In this document: positions 30,581 to 40,970 of the stretch, one piece after another | Layout: every line of letters begins with the position of its first letter | How positions within the stretch are numbered: position 1 is the first letter of the stretch | From: Vulcanimicrobiota bacterium | GTDB taxonomy: Bacteria; Vulcanimicrobiota; Vulcanimicrobiia; Vulcanimicrobiales; Vulcanimicrobiaceae | Length of the DNA: 64,000 nt | Assembly (NCBI GenBank): GCA_963733295.1 | Contig: CAVTCS010000003.1 | Location: 2,880,001 to 2,944,000 of the forward strand | Direction of reading: 5' to 3' | Translations under genes and position numbers: made by a program | Notes under the pieces: generated by a model | What the model saw: the letters and a program-made list of their open reading frames with translations, nothing else | Told to the model about the DNA's origin: nothing | Database searches by the model: none

Positions 30581-31888
30581 ATGACCGTTCCGTTTTCCGA
30601 AGCATCGCGCCGGTTCGGCTTCGCCGTTGTCGCGGCCGTTGCGCTCGCGTGTCCCGCGCTCGCGACCTCGGGCGCTTCGACCGACGTCACCCAGTTCCGC
30701 ATGAACGCCGCCAACAACGCGGTCGTGGGCGGAAACCTGCGCGCTGCGTGGACGTTCGAAACCGGCGGCCCGATCTCCGCAAGCCCGACCGTCGTCGACG
30801 GAGTCTTATACCTCGGCAACAACATGGGCCGTCTCGTCGCGCTCGACGTGCGCACCGGGAAACTGATCTGGTCGCAGCAAGCCAAGAACGATCTGATGGC
30901 CCAGCCGCTGGTTTTGGGAAATCAAGTCGTGGTCGGCGAGGGAAACGAGGAGTCCGACGTACGGTCCGGCGTCGTTCACGTGGGCACCGGCGAAAACGCG
31001 ATCCTTTCGTTCGATCGCGCAACCGGCAAACCGATGTGGTCCGCACCTCTGGGCGGCACCGGGATGCCGACTCCGGCGCTCGTTGGGGGAGTGCTGGTCG
31101 ATCACAACGGTAGCGGCGACGTCGTCGGCATCGATCCCGCGACCGGGAAGATCAAGTACCAACGTTTCACCGGAACGATCCCTTCGATGGTCGGGCTTAT
31201 GCCGGTCGGCAAGTTCGCGGTCATCAGCGGTGGTCAAACGAAGACTACGATGGTCGCGCTCAACGCAAGCGACGGCAGTACGATCTGGCAGCGCGAATTT
31301 CCCAAAGCCTCGGGCCTCGGCGACTGTCCGCCGGCCGGCGACGGGCAGCTCGTCTTCTGCGATTACGTCGCTCTGATTCCACCCGAAGACTTCGTGCAAG
31401 CCGGCAAGCTGAACACGCTGCACGCCTATGCGCTCGATGCGATGACCGGCGCGCCGGTGTGGGACACCGCCCTCGAGTCCGGCATCCTGCCCAAACGGAA
31501 TCAGTCGGCGATCCCGCTCTACGACAGCGGAACGCTCTTTCTGGGCAGCGCGATCGCGCCATACATGCACGCGCTCGACGCGCAGACCGGCAAATTGCTG
31601 TGGCGCACGAAGGTGCGCGGTCCGGTGAAGAACGGCCCGGTCGCCGTCGCCGGCGTTCTGTACTTCGGCGACCTCGGCGGCAACCTGTGGGCGCTCGACG
31701 AGAAGACGGGCAAAGTCATCGGCGTGCGGCACCAGAAGACGAAGTTCAACGTGGGCTCGGCGATCGTCGTCGGCAAAACGCTCATCATCGGAAGTGCGAC
31801 GGGACGCATCGTCGCAGTGCCGCTCGACGTCATCAAGACTTCACACGACAAAGCCCCGCCCGCCGCCGCAGCAAAGGGCGCGCCCTAA
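30581..31888 (+). CDS. Secreted PQQ-like beta-propeller repeat protein
   Basis: Signal peptide and repeated (A/L)LDxxTGxxxW motifs. Confidence 0.88.
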   Translation: MTVPFSEASRRFGFAVVAAVALACPALATSGASTDVTQFRMNAANNAVVGGNLRAAWTFETGGPISASPTVVDGVLYLGNNMGRLVALDVRTGKLIWSQQAKNDLMAQPLVLGNQVVVGEGNEESDVRSGVVHVGTGENAILSFDRATGKPMWSAPLGGTGMPTPALVGGVLVDHNGSGDVVGIDPATGKIKYQRFTGTIPSMVGLMPVGKFAVISGGQTKTTMVALNASDGSTIWQREFPKASGLGDCPPAGDGQLVFCDYVALIPPEDFVQAGKLNTLHAYALDAMTGAPVWDTALESGILPKRNQSAIPLYDSGTLFLGSAIAPYMHALDAQTGKLLWRTKVRGPVKNGPVAVAGVLYFGDLGGNLWALDEKTGKVIGVRHQKTKFNVGSAIVVGKTLIIGSATGRIVAVPLDVIKTSHDKAPPAAAAKGAP

Positions 31889-31898
31889 CCCGGCGTCG

Positions 31899-33068
31899 CT
31901 ACGCTTTTGGGCCGGGAGTCTCGACGGCGGGCACGAGCGCTTGCTCCGCAGCGTCGCGCTTCCAGGGCGGATCGAGGCGCAACAGCGGGCGCTCGAAGTA
32001 GTACGTGAAGAACGCTCCGATCGCGATTCCGGTGACCGTCACGATAATCGTCAGCGGAAGCGGGGCGATGATTTGGCTGAACGCCCGGGCGATCATCACG
32101 AAGATGAAATCGTGCCAGAGGTAGACGTTGTAGGAGACCGCCGCGAAGAAAAGCAGCACGGGGTTGCCGAGCGCTTTGCGCCACCAACCGGCGCCGAAGG
32201 CCGAGCCGAGCGCGATCGCGATAAAGGTGAGCGAAATCCCCAGCCGGCCCAAGATCGCCCAATTTTCACGCCAGTGCGGTTGGGTGCGCGTCACCCACAG
32301 AGCGTCCAGCAGGTCGAGAGTGAGCAGCACAGCCGCTAGCGCGGTAAAAGTTGCGGCTTGCGTGTGCCAGCTCGCGGGCTTCACATGCGCGCGCAGGCGG
32401 ACGTACAGATACGCGGCGGCCATCCCGCCCACGAAGAGGTCGAGATACGCGGGTAGCTGTGCCGTGAGCACCGGATGATGGTCGAGGTACGGGAAGGTGA
32501 CGAGACGGTAGACGCATGCGACGATGCACGCCGCCAGCCACGTCGCCAGCGGATAACGCCCGAAGACGCGCGCGAGAAGCGGAAAGATGAGGTAGAACTG
32601 CACCTCGACCGAGAGCGACCAAAGCGCGGCGTTGATCTGCCCGAACGGATGAACGTCTTGCAGGTTGAGGATGAAGCCGAAGTGGACCGCGAGCGTCCAG
32701 AGCAGATCGTACGGCGTCCGCATTTCCACGCCGCCGACGAGCAGCATGACCAAGATGACGAGCACGTATGACGGTACGATCTTGATGAAGCGCCGCCAAG
32801 CGAAGGTGGCGAGGTCGTCGAGTGGCCGCGCTTCGAACAGGTTGCGCGCGTAGGGATAAAACAGCGCGAAGCCGCTGATGAAAAAGAACAACTCGACGCC
32901 GATGAAGCCGGTGCCCGCGAACTTCTCGAAGTTGAGCGTGTACCCGAAGACCGGAACGAACGGCAGCCACTGCCCCGCGAGGTAGGCGTGGTACCACACG
33001 ACCATGAGTATCGCGATGCCGCGCAGCCCATCGAGCCACTCGATGCGGTGCTTGAGTGAGTGCGTCAC
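31899..33068 (-). CDS. Acyltransferase family 3 (OafA/YrhL-like)
   Basis: LDGLRGIAILMVVWYH, GVELFFFISGF, WSLSVEVQFY, SYNVYLWH and FERP motifs. Confidence 0.93.
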   Translation of the reverse strand: MTHSLKHRIEWLDGLRGIAILMVVWYHAYLAGQWLPFVPVFGYTLNFEKFAGTGFIGVELFFFISGFALFYPYARNLFEARPLDDLATFAWRRFIKIVPSYVLVILVMLLVGGVEMRTPYDLLWTLAVHFGFILNLQDVHPFGQINAALWSLSVEVQFYLIFPLLARVFGRYPLATWLAACIVACVYRLVTFPYLDHHPVLTAQLPAYLDLFVGGMAAAYLYVRLRAHVKPASWHTQAATFTALAAVLLTLDLLDALWVTRTQPHWRENWAILGRLGISLTFIAIALGSAFGAGWWRKALGNPVLLFFAAVSYNVYLWHDFIFVMIARAFSQIIAPLPLTIIVTVTGIAIGAFFTYYFERPLLRLDPPWKRDAAEQALVPAVETPGPKA

Positions 33069-33071
33069 ACC

Positions 33072-33584
33072 TTAGGTATCGAACGCGTACCCGTGCTCCC
33101 GGAGGGTCTCGTGACCCAATTCGAAACTGCCGGCCCCCCAGCGCCGGCCGCCCAGGCCCCGGTAGAAGGCGTCCGCAGCCTCGTTCCCATCGAGTACCCA
33201 GAGCAGCATGGTCCGAAAGCCGCGTTCGCGCAACCTCTGCCGGGCCGTTTCGAACAGCGCCCGGCCGGCACCGCGACGCTGATACGCGGCGTCGAGATAG
33301 ATCGCGTAGAGTTCGCCGTCGAATTCGGGCTCTTCGCCACGGTTGGGTCCGCACGCGGCGAAGCCGGCAAGCGCGCCGTCGCATTCGGCGATGAAGAGCG
33401 AGGTCGCGCCGCCCGTCCCGAGCGCTTCACTCCAACCGGCCTCGCGATCGGCGTAGCTGTGCGCTTCGACGGCGGCCGGGGGCATGAGATCGCGGTAGGT
33501 CGCGCGCCACGCGTCGACGTGAAGGCGCGCAATCGCCGGAACGTCGCCGGTCACGGCTTCGCGCACGAGCAGCCGTCCCGTCAT
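33072..33584 (-). CDS. GNAT-family N-acetyltransferase
   Basis: IARLHVDAWRATY, ELYAIY, QRRGAG and LWVLDGN..FY motifs. Confidence 0.9.
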   Translation of the reverse strand: MTGRLLVREAVTGDVPAIARLHVDAWRATYRDLMPPAAVEAHSYADREAGWSEALGTGGATSLFIAECDGALAGFAACGPNRGEEPEFDGELYAIYLDAAYQRRGAGRALFETARQRLRERGFRTMLLWVLDGNEAADAFYRGLGGRRWGAGSFELGHETLREHGYAFDT

Positions 33585-35104
33585 GCGATGACGGGTTGCG
33601 GCTCCGCGAGATAGAGCGGCAGCACGGCGTCGACGCACGTGCGGTAACGCGCGAAGATCTCGCGATACTTCTCGACCAGCGCCGGCTGCGGGTCGTGCAC
33701 GAAGCGCGGATGGAGCAGAGCGGCGACGGCCTCCGGTCCGGCCAGCGCGCCGGTTGCGATCCCGGCCATCGCGGCCGCCCCGAAGGCCGAGGCCTCGTCT
33801 TGGTCGGCCAGAACCGCCTGCGCAGCGAACACGTCGGCGACGATCTGGCGCACCAGCGGCGCGTGCGTCAATCCGCCTGAGAGCCTGATGCGCGTGGGCT
33901 TTGGGACGCGCTCGCGCATGATCTCGAGGACCGTTCCCAGCGCGAAGACGACGCTCTCGAAGCCGGCGCGAAAGATGTCGGAGCGCTCGTGCGAGAGATC
34001 GAGGCCTAAGATGCCGCCGCGAAGTTCGGCGAGCCAATACGGCGCGCGCTCGCCGCCGAGGAACGGCAGAACCGTCACGCCGTTTGCTCCGGGCGGTGAG
34101 GTCTCGGCGAGCGCGACCGCGCGCGCGAAACGTTCCGTTTCGGGAACTTCGCTCATGAATAATTCGTGCAACTTGTTGAGCGCCGCGCCGGCCGAACTCG
34201 TCGGACCGCCGACGATGTAGCGCGTGTCGTCGAAGGCGTAACAGAAGGTCCGTCCGTGTTCGTCGAAAAGCGTGCGGTCGACGACGGTGCGAATCGCGCC
34301 GCTGGTCCCGAGCGTGAGGGCGAGTTCGCCCGGCGCGACCGCGCCGACGCCTAAGTTGGCGAGTGCCCCATCGCTTGAAGCGAGCACGATGCTCGGTTCT
34401 TCGGTGAGGCCGAGCGCCTTCGCGACCGTCGGCCGCAGCGAGCGCAGCGTCGTCGAGGGCGGCGCCGGACGCGACAGCTTCGAGCTGTCGACGCGCGCAA
34501 GTTCGAGCGCGCGATCGCTCCATTCGCGGGCGCGAATGTCGAACAAGCCGGTCCCGGAAGCCATGCCGTGATCGATCAGCCACTCGCCCGTCCAGCGGAA
34601 GACGAGCAGCTCTTTCATCGAGACGAATCTCGCGGCGCGCGCGAAGGCGGCCGGATCGTTCTCGGAAAGCCAACGCAGCTTGCACGAAGGCAGCATCGGA
34701 TGGACCGGCGCGCCGGTGCGCGCATACAGCAAGTCGGCCGTTCCGTCCGCACGCCAGCGTTCGGCGACCTCCGCGCTGCGCCGGTCCATCCAGGTCAAGA
34801 GCGGGCCGATCGGCTCGCCGTTCGCGTCGACCGGAAGTATGCCGTGCATCGCGCTCGAGAAGCCGATGGCCGCGACGTCGTTGCCGCGCAAATGGATGTC
34901 CGCCAGAACCTCGTGCACGGTCTTCAGCGTCGCCGCATACACCGCGTCGGCGTCCTGCTCGACCCAGCCGGGTCGCGGCGTCTCGAGCGGATAGAACGAC
35001 GAGGATTCGGTCACGATTCTGCCGCCGGGCGTGCAGGCCAGAACCTTCACCGCGCTCGTGCCGAGGTCAACGCCGAGCAGCAGCGGCGGCTCGAGCGCCT
35101 TCAC
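33581..35104 (-). CDS. gntK: Gluconokinase (FGGY carbohydrate kinase family)
   Basis: GVDLGTSAVK, FSSAMHG, TGAPVHPM, SDGALANLGVGA, GTSGAIR and GERAPYW motifs. Confidence 0.88.
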   Translation of the reverse strand: MKALEPPLLLGVDLGTSAVKVLACTPGGRIVTESSSFYPLETPRPGWVEQDADAVYAATLKTVHEVLADIHLRGNDVAAIGFSSAMHGILPVDANGEPIGPLLTWMDRRSAEVAERWRADGTADLLYARTGAPVHPMLPSCKLRWLSENDPAAFARAARFVSMKELLVFRWTGEWLIDHGMASGTGLFDIRAREWSDRALELARVDSSKLSRPAPPSTTLRSLRPTVAKALGLTEEPSIVLASSDGALANLGVGAVAPGELALTLGTSGAIRTVVDRTLFDEHGRTFCYAFDDTRYIVGGPTSSAGAALNKLHELFMSEVPETERFARAVALAETSPPGANGVTVLPFLGGERAPYWLAELRGGILGLDLSHERSDIFRAGFESVVFALGTVLEIMRERVPKPTRIRLSGGLTHAPLVRQIVADVFAAQAVLADQDEASAFGAAAMAGIATGALAGPEAVAALLHPRFVHDPQPALVEKYREIFARYRTCVDAVLPLYLAEPQPVIA

Positions 35105-35178
35105 GCGTTCCGACCGGCGTTCACGCTGCAGCCGTTCGTCTTGCCTGACAAAAGACCCTCACCGCGGTCATCCGCAGG

Positions 35179-35440
35179 TTACTGCGCTTCGAGCTTGCCT
35201 TCAGTAAGGCGCGTTGCAACGTCCGTTCCTTGGGCAGTCAAGATCCAAGGCCATGATACGCATCGGTTCCACGGGGATAGCTTTGCTCGACGAGTGCAAT
35301 CTTTTCTAACGCGATGAGAAGACGAATGACGGCTGCCGTTTTGCAGACCGCATTTTCTTGAAAGGAGTGTCGGGGTAGAGCGATTATTGCCATCACTCTC
35401 CGATTGCGCTGCTTTGAGTATCGCCGCTCCGTCCATTGAC
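35179..35440 (-). pseudogene. Possible frameshifted remnant of a small winged-helix-like protein
   Basis: Overlapping frames give ..RLLIALEKIALVEQ.. and then ..WILTAQGTDVATRL..; composition is more AT-rich than the flanks. Confidence 0.25.
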
Positions 35441-35539
35441 AGGTTCCGCACGTGTCGGTCCTCGAGTCCGTATGCCGGCAAGATGAAGGGCCGTTCAAGT
35501 GAGCACGACTCCGTGCCTTTCTGCCGGCTTTGGCCTCGG

Positions 35540-36817
35540 TTATGCTTTCATAGCCAAGCGGAAGGCGTCAGCCATATCGTCTTGCTCGTTCCGCTTGAGG
35601 CCCAGCGACGTCGCGGTATCGCTCCATTGGCGGACGGCGTCGGCGATGCGCTCGATTGTCAACTTCGCATCTGCATCTTTGATTCGAAAATAAGATGCGA
35701 CCGAGCGCGCGAGATCGAGATCGAGGGCGTTGTCGCTTTCATCAATATTCAAAGATAAACCGGACGACCCCGGAACCGGGTTCATGTCATACGCTTCGGA
35801 AAGTCGCCAGCCTGCGTTCGGCGCGAGTAGAAAACCGTGGTTGCGCAAATGGTCATCGGTGTTCGAGACCATGATGTTGAATACGATACGAGACCAGAGT
35901 TCTGCCAGATCCTCGCGCGGCGCAGCGCCATTCGACACTATGACGTCCGCGATTTCCAGATAGCTGGCGCCGGAGGAGGCATCCGCACCATCTATGTGAC
36001 CGGTAAGGGTCATCGCCGACGCAAAGTGGACGCGCTCTCCGGGCTCGCGACGATCGAAACGGCGTACCATGAATGTATGGGCCGCCTCCGTAAAAGTCCG
36101 GGCCTCACTCGCCGGCACACGTATCCCGCTCCGCTCAGCGAGCTTCGCAAGCACGAGCTCCCATGCGCCGACATCGTATCGATCTCGAACGCTCGGGAAT
36201 TTTGCGATCCAGAGACGTCCGTCGACGTCGGCGACGGTTGCTTTTGGTCTGGCCCCGCCGAGTGATGCGCCCGGAGCCAGGAGCAAACGAAGCCACTCAT
36301 CGGCCGCCGGATCAACATTCTGCCTGTCCTCTTCGATCGCACGGCTCGCAGCCTCGAGTTCGCGCAAGCGTACGAACGGCGGTGCGGCGCTTCCATCGCG
36401 GTCGTCAAGGAACGGGCCATTTCCGGGAAGTTTGTAGCGCAGGGCGCCGGATCGAAACACATCGTGGACGCCGAGTAAGTAGTCCGATTCGCCAAGGCGC
36501 GCATTTTCGGGGACGAGACCCGCGCGCTTGTCACGCTCGAAGCGGCGTCGGATGAGGGTTTCTCCCCAGCGATCTGGGCTCGAATCCTTGAAGACGCCGA
36601 ACATCGTGCGTCCATCACGTGGAAATTGCGGCCCTGGAAAAAGTCCTAGGTCCGGATCGAGCGTCTGTTTCGCGAGTGTCGCGTCGTTTATGGCGCCATC
36701 GTCGAAGGTGAAGTCGAAGAGTTCGCTCGTTCGCCCGCGCCGAACGCGCAACGCTCCGAGTCGTTTCGCGGGCTGGCCCGTGCTCCAGTCGGCATACACC
36801 TCGATGAGGCCATTCAT
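35540..36817 (-). CDS. hipA: HipA-family serine/threonine kinase toxin
   Basis: DSSPDRWG, GALRY, PGASLGGARPKA, IAKFP, RRFDR, NTDDHLRNHGF and AYDMNP motifs. Confidence 0.95.
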   Translation of the reverse strand: MNGLIEVYADWSTGQPAKRLGALRVRRGRTSELFDFTFDDGAINDATLAKQTLDPDLGLFPGPQFPRDGRTMFGVFKDSSPDRWGETLIRRRFERDKRAGLVPENARLGESDYLLGVHDVFRSGALRYKLPGNGPFLDDRDGSAAPPFVRLRELEAASRAIEEDRQNVDPAADEWLRLLLAPGASLGGARPKATVADVDGRLWIAKFPSVRDRYDVGAWELVLAKLAERSGIRVPASEARTFTEAAHTFMVRRFDRREPGERVHFASAMTLTGHIDGADASSGASYLEIADVIVSNGAAPREDLAELWSRIVFNIMVSNTDDHLRNHGFLLAPNAGWRLSEAYDMNPVPGSSGLSLNIDESDNALDLDLARSVASYFRIKDADAKLTIERIADAVRQWSDTATSLGLKRNEQDDMADAFRLAMKA

Positions 36818-37131
36818 GGAGAGGCGCTCTTCGTGCGCGCGCGGCGCGGAAGGGCGGCATCCTGAAGATCGCGACCGAGCGTATCCAATTCCGCGACTCG
36901 ATCGAGATCGCCGTCGAGCCCGAGAACGTGCAAGACTCCGGCGTACGCGCCGATCGTGACGCCGGCTCCGCCTTTCTCGAGGCTGCGCAGCGTCATCAGC
37001 GACATCCCGGCCCGTTCAGCGACCAGTTTTGCGGGCAAGCCGCGGCGAAGGCGCGCAGCCCGAATCCGTTCGCCGAGGCGAAAAAGCCGGCGCTGCGTGG
37101 TCGGAAGCAAGAGAGCGGTGCGTTTTGCCAT
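36814..37131 (-). CDS. XRE helix-turn-helix antitoxin (HipB-like)
   Basis: LGERIRAARLRR..VAERAGMS..TLRSLEKG..VTIGAY..VL pattern; ATGA overlap with hipA. Confidence 0.92.
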   Translation of the reverse strand: MAKRTALLLPTTQRRLFRLGERIRAARLRRGLPAKLVAERAGMSLMTLRSLEKGGAGVTIGAYAGVLHVLGLDGDLDRVAELDTLGRDLQDAALPRRARTKSASP

Positions 37132-37137
37132 GCCTAT

Positions 37138-37169
37138 ATTCTAGCACTTATGGCATTTTAATGCTATAA
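37138..37169 (-). promoter_or_regulatory. Extended -10 promoter plus putative antitoxin operator
   Basis: Minus-strand TGcTAGAAT ends 6 nt before the ATG; inverted repeat TTATGGCATT-TT-AATGCTATAA at 37148-37169. Confidence 0.7.
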
Positions 37170-37199
37170 TAATGGCACTTTTGGTTGAAGGCTGCCTTG

Positions 37200-38498
37200 T
37201 TAGGTAGGCTCCGGGATCGGCTCGATCTTTCCTAGGACGAACCAGTAGCTGATGATGCCGATGACCAGCACGACGCCGGCGGTCGAGAGCGCGAGCGTGA
37301 ACGAACCGGTCTGTTGCACGATGAAGCCGGTCGCGATGGGAGCCGCCGCGTTCGCGAGGTTGTTGAAGCAGTTCATGATCCCGCCGATCGTGCCCACGCT
37401 GCCCTTCGGCGAGATCAGGCCCGGGATCGACCAGCCGACCGGCGCCGAGAACGCGACGCCGCCGAGCGCGATCGAGACCCACACGATCGCGACGTTGATG
37501 TCTTTGGTGAAGGCGGCGCCGACGATGGCGAGTCCGAGCACCATCCCGGCGATCAAGATCGACTTGCGCACGCGAGTCGAGTCGTAGCCCTTGCGGATGA
37601 GGTAGTCGACGAGAAAGCCACCGATCGCGATGTCGGTTACCGTCGCGACCGCCCACGGAATGGCGGCGTAACCTGCCGAGCCGAGCAAACTGGTATGAAA
37701 GGTGGTTTTCAAGTAGCTGGGCAGCCAGGTGATGAGCAATCCGAAGAGATAGCCGTAGGCGCTGAAGCCGATCGTTAAGCCCCAAACCTTTGCCTTCGAG
37801 ATCAGATAACCGAGCCGGGCGCCCTCGTTCGTCGTGGAGGAGAGGCCCTCGGGCTGCGCGCCCCCTTCCACGATGTAGCGGTATTCCGAGGGCGAGACGC
37901 GCTTGTGTTTGCTCGGGTTCCGATAGAAGAAAAAGTAGATGATGAAGTAGATGAAGCTCAAGCCGGCGGTAAAGAAGAACGCGACGCGCCAGCCGTAGCT
38001 AAAGACGACGAATGCGATGATCGGTACGGCGATGACGTTCGAAAATTTCGCCGCCGCGTCGAAGATCGAGGTCGCGAGGCCGCGCTCGACGTTCGGAAAC
38101 CAGTAGCTGGTCGCTTTCGCGTTGGCCGGGAAGGCCGGAGCCTCGGCGACGCCGAGAAAACCGCGCGCGACGTTGAGGAAAGCGAAGCTCGGGGCGATAG
38201 CGCTCAGCACCGCAGCGATGCCCCAGAAAAACGCGCCGATGCGTCCGATCAAAACGACCCCGAATCGATCGAGGATGATGCCGACCGGAATCTGACACAA
38301 CGCGTAGACCCAAAAGAACGTCGCGCTGAGCAGGCCGAACTCGGCGGGGCCGATCCCGAACTCCTTATGAAGCGGGTCTTGTGAGACCGAAAGCGCGACC
38401 CGGTCGAAGTAGTTGATCAGAATCCCGAAGCCCAGCAGGAGCGCGATCTCCCACCGGATGCGCGTAGCGGGGCGTGGCAGCGCGGCGGCGGATCCCAT
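37200..38498 (-). CDS. MFS sugar-acid transporter (ACS family, DgoT/GudP-like)
   Basis: INYFDR, EAPAFPANAK, WFPNVERGLA, TWLPSYL and GTIGGIMN motifs. Confidence 0.9.
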   Translation of the reverse strand: MGSAAALPRPATRIRWEIALLLGFGILINYFDRVALSVSQDPLHKEFGIGPAEFGLLSATFFWVYALCQIPVGIILDRFGVVLIGRIGAFFWGIAAVLSAIAPSFAFLNVARGFLGVAEAPAFPANAKATSYWFPNVERGLATSIFDAAAKFSNVIAVPIIAFVVFSYGWRVAFFFTAGLSFIYFIIYFFFYRNPSKHKRVSPSEYRYIVEGGAQPEGLSSTTNEGARLGYLISKAKVWGLTIGFSAYGYLFGLLITWLPSYLKTTFHTSLLGSAGYAAIPWAVATVTDIAIGGFLVDYLIRKGYDSTRVRKSILIAGMVLGLAIVGAAFTKDINVAIVWVSIALGGVAFSAPVGWSIPGLISPKGSVGTIGGIMNCFNNLANAAAPIATGFIVQQTGSFTLALSTAGVVLVIGIISYWFVLGKIEPIPEPT

Positions 38499-38553
38499 GG
38501 CCGGTCGCTTCCACGGGGACGGAGAGCGGCCCCCGTCAATGGAAAGGGGGAGC

Positions 38554-39897
38554 GTGAACGTTCTCGACCGTCTTCAAACGACGCTTCAGATCAGCGGCGG
38601 CTACCGGCTGTCCGGTTCGGTCGACACGCACGGCGCCAAGAATGCCGCGCTGCCGATCATGGCGGCTTCGCTGCTCGCAAAGGGACCCGTCACCTTGCGG
38701 CGGGTTCCCTCGATTACCGACGTCTCGGTGATGTGGTCGCTGCTCGAGTCGCTCGGCGCGCGCTTGCAATCCGACGGCCGCGGAACGATGACGATCGATC
38801 CCGCCACGATCGCGTCGACGCGTGCGCCGTACACGCTGGTGCGCAAGTTGAACGCATCCTTCGATCTCGTCGGTGTCTTGCTGGGACGCTTCGGACATGC
38901 CGAGGTCCCGCTGCCCGGCGGCTGCATCTTGGGAACGCGCGCGACCGACATGCACGAGCAGGCTTTTCGTGCGCTCGGCGCCGAGGTCTCGAACGAGCAC
39001 GGGTACTTGATCGCCCAAGCCGAGGGCGCGCGCTTGACCGGCGCCGATATCGACTTCCGCCAGCCCAGCGTCGGCGCGACGAAAAACGCGATGTTGGCGG
39101 CGGCGCTGGCCGAGGGCACGACCACGCTCCGCAACGTCGCAATGGAACCTGAAGTCGTCGACCTCGCGAACTTCCTCGTCGCGATGGGTGCGCGCATTTC
39201 GGGGCAGGGCCGGGACACGATCGTGATCGACGGCGTTCGCGAACTCCACGGCGTCGAGTACGAGATCATTCCGGATCGCATCGTCGCGGGAACGCTGCTG
39301 CTCGCGGCAGCCGCCACGCGCGGCGACGTGACCGTCGAACGCTGCGCGCCGGATCATCTCACGGCGCTTACCGGCAAATTGAGCGAGTGCGGCGTGCGCG
39401 TGACGAGCGGCAAGGACTGGGTGCGTATCGAGGCCGAGCGGATCACCGGCGGAACGGGCGTCTTGACCGCGCCGTACCCCGGCTTCCCGACCGACCTTCA
39501 GCCGCCGATGCTGAGCTTTCTGTGCACCTGTCCCGGGACGAGCGTCCTCGAGGAAACGATTTTCAACGCCCGCTTCTCCTACGTCAACGAACTCGCGCGC
39601 ATGGGTGCCGACGTTCGCGTCGAGAACAACACTGCGCTGATCAAGGGTGGAACGGCCCTTTCGGGTGCGCCGGTCGAGGCGCCCGACATTCGCGCCGGCG
39701 CGGCGCTCGTCGTCGCCGGCCTTGCCGCTCAAGGCGAGACGGAGATCATCGGCCTCGAGTACATCGACCGCGGCTACGAGCGCGTCGAGGAACTCCTTAC
39801 CGCGCTCGGAGCGCGCGTCCAGCGCGCGAGCGGGATCGCTCCACTGCTCGAACCGGTCGGCACCTACGAGACCTCGTCGTACCCGAAGGTAGTCTAA
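38554..39897 (+). CDS. murA: UDP-N-acetylglucosamine 1-carboxyvinyltransferase
   Basis: GAKNAALP, LPGGC, SVGAT, EPEVVDL, PGFPTDLQ and IDRGYE motifs; alternative ATG at 38539. Confidence 0.96.
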   Translation: MNVLDRLQTTLQISGGYRLSGSVDTHGAKNAALPIMAASLLAKGPVTLRRVPSITDVSVMWSLLESLGARLQSDGRGTMTIDPATIASTRAPYTLVRKLNASFDLVGVLLGRFGHAEVPLPGGCILGTRATDMHEQAFRALGAEVSNEHGYLIAQAEGARLTGADIDFRQPSVGATKNAMLAAALAEGTTTLRNVAMEPEVVDLANFLVAMGARISGQGRDTIVIDGVRELHGVEYEIIPDRIVAGTLLLAAAATRGDVTVERCAPDHLTALTGKLSECGVRVTSGKDWVRIEAERITGGTGVLTAPYPGFPTDLQPPMLSFLCTCPGTSVLEETIFNARFSYVNELARMGADVRVENNTALIKGGTALSGAPVEAPDIRAGAALVVAGLAAQGETEIIGLEYIDRGYERVEELLTALGARVQRASGIAPLLEPVGTYETSSYPKVV

Positions 39898-39914
39898 CGG
39901 CAGTCAGCAATTAG

Positions 39915-40955
<1,041 letters not shown>

Positions 40956-40970
40956 TTCGACAGGCGTGCG

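Noticed and set aside
35105..37200. IS element or integrative element around hipBA
   Set aside because: No transposase or integrase, no terminal inverted repeats, and only a weak GC(T)TGCCTT similarity near the ends.
38513..38536. ACGGGG/CCCCGT inverted repeat between the MFS and murA
   Set aside because: A short GC stem with no U-tract between divergent starts; not enough to assign a function.
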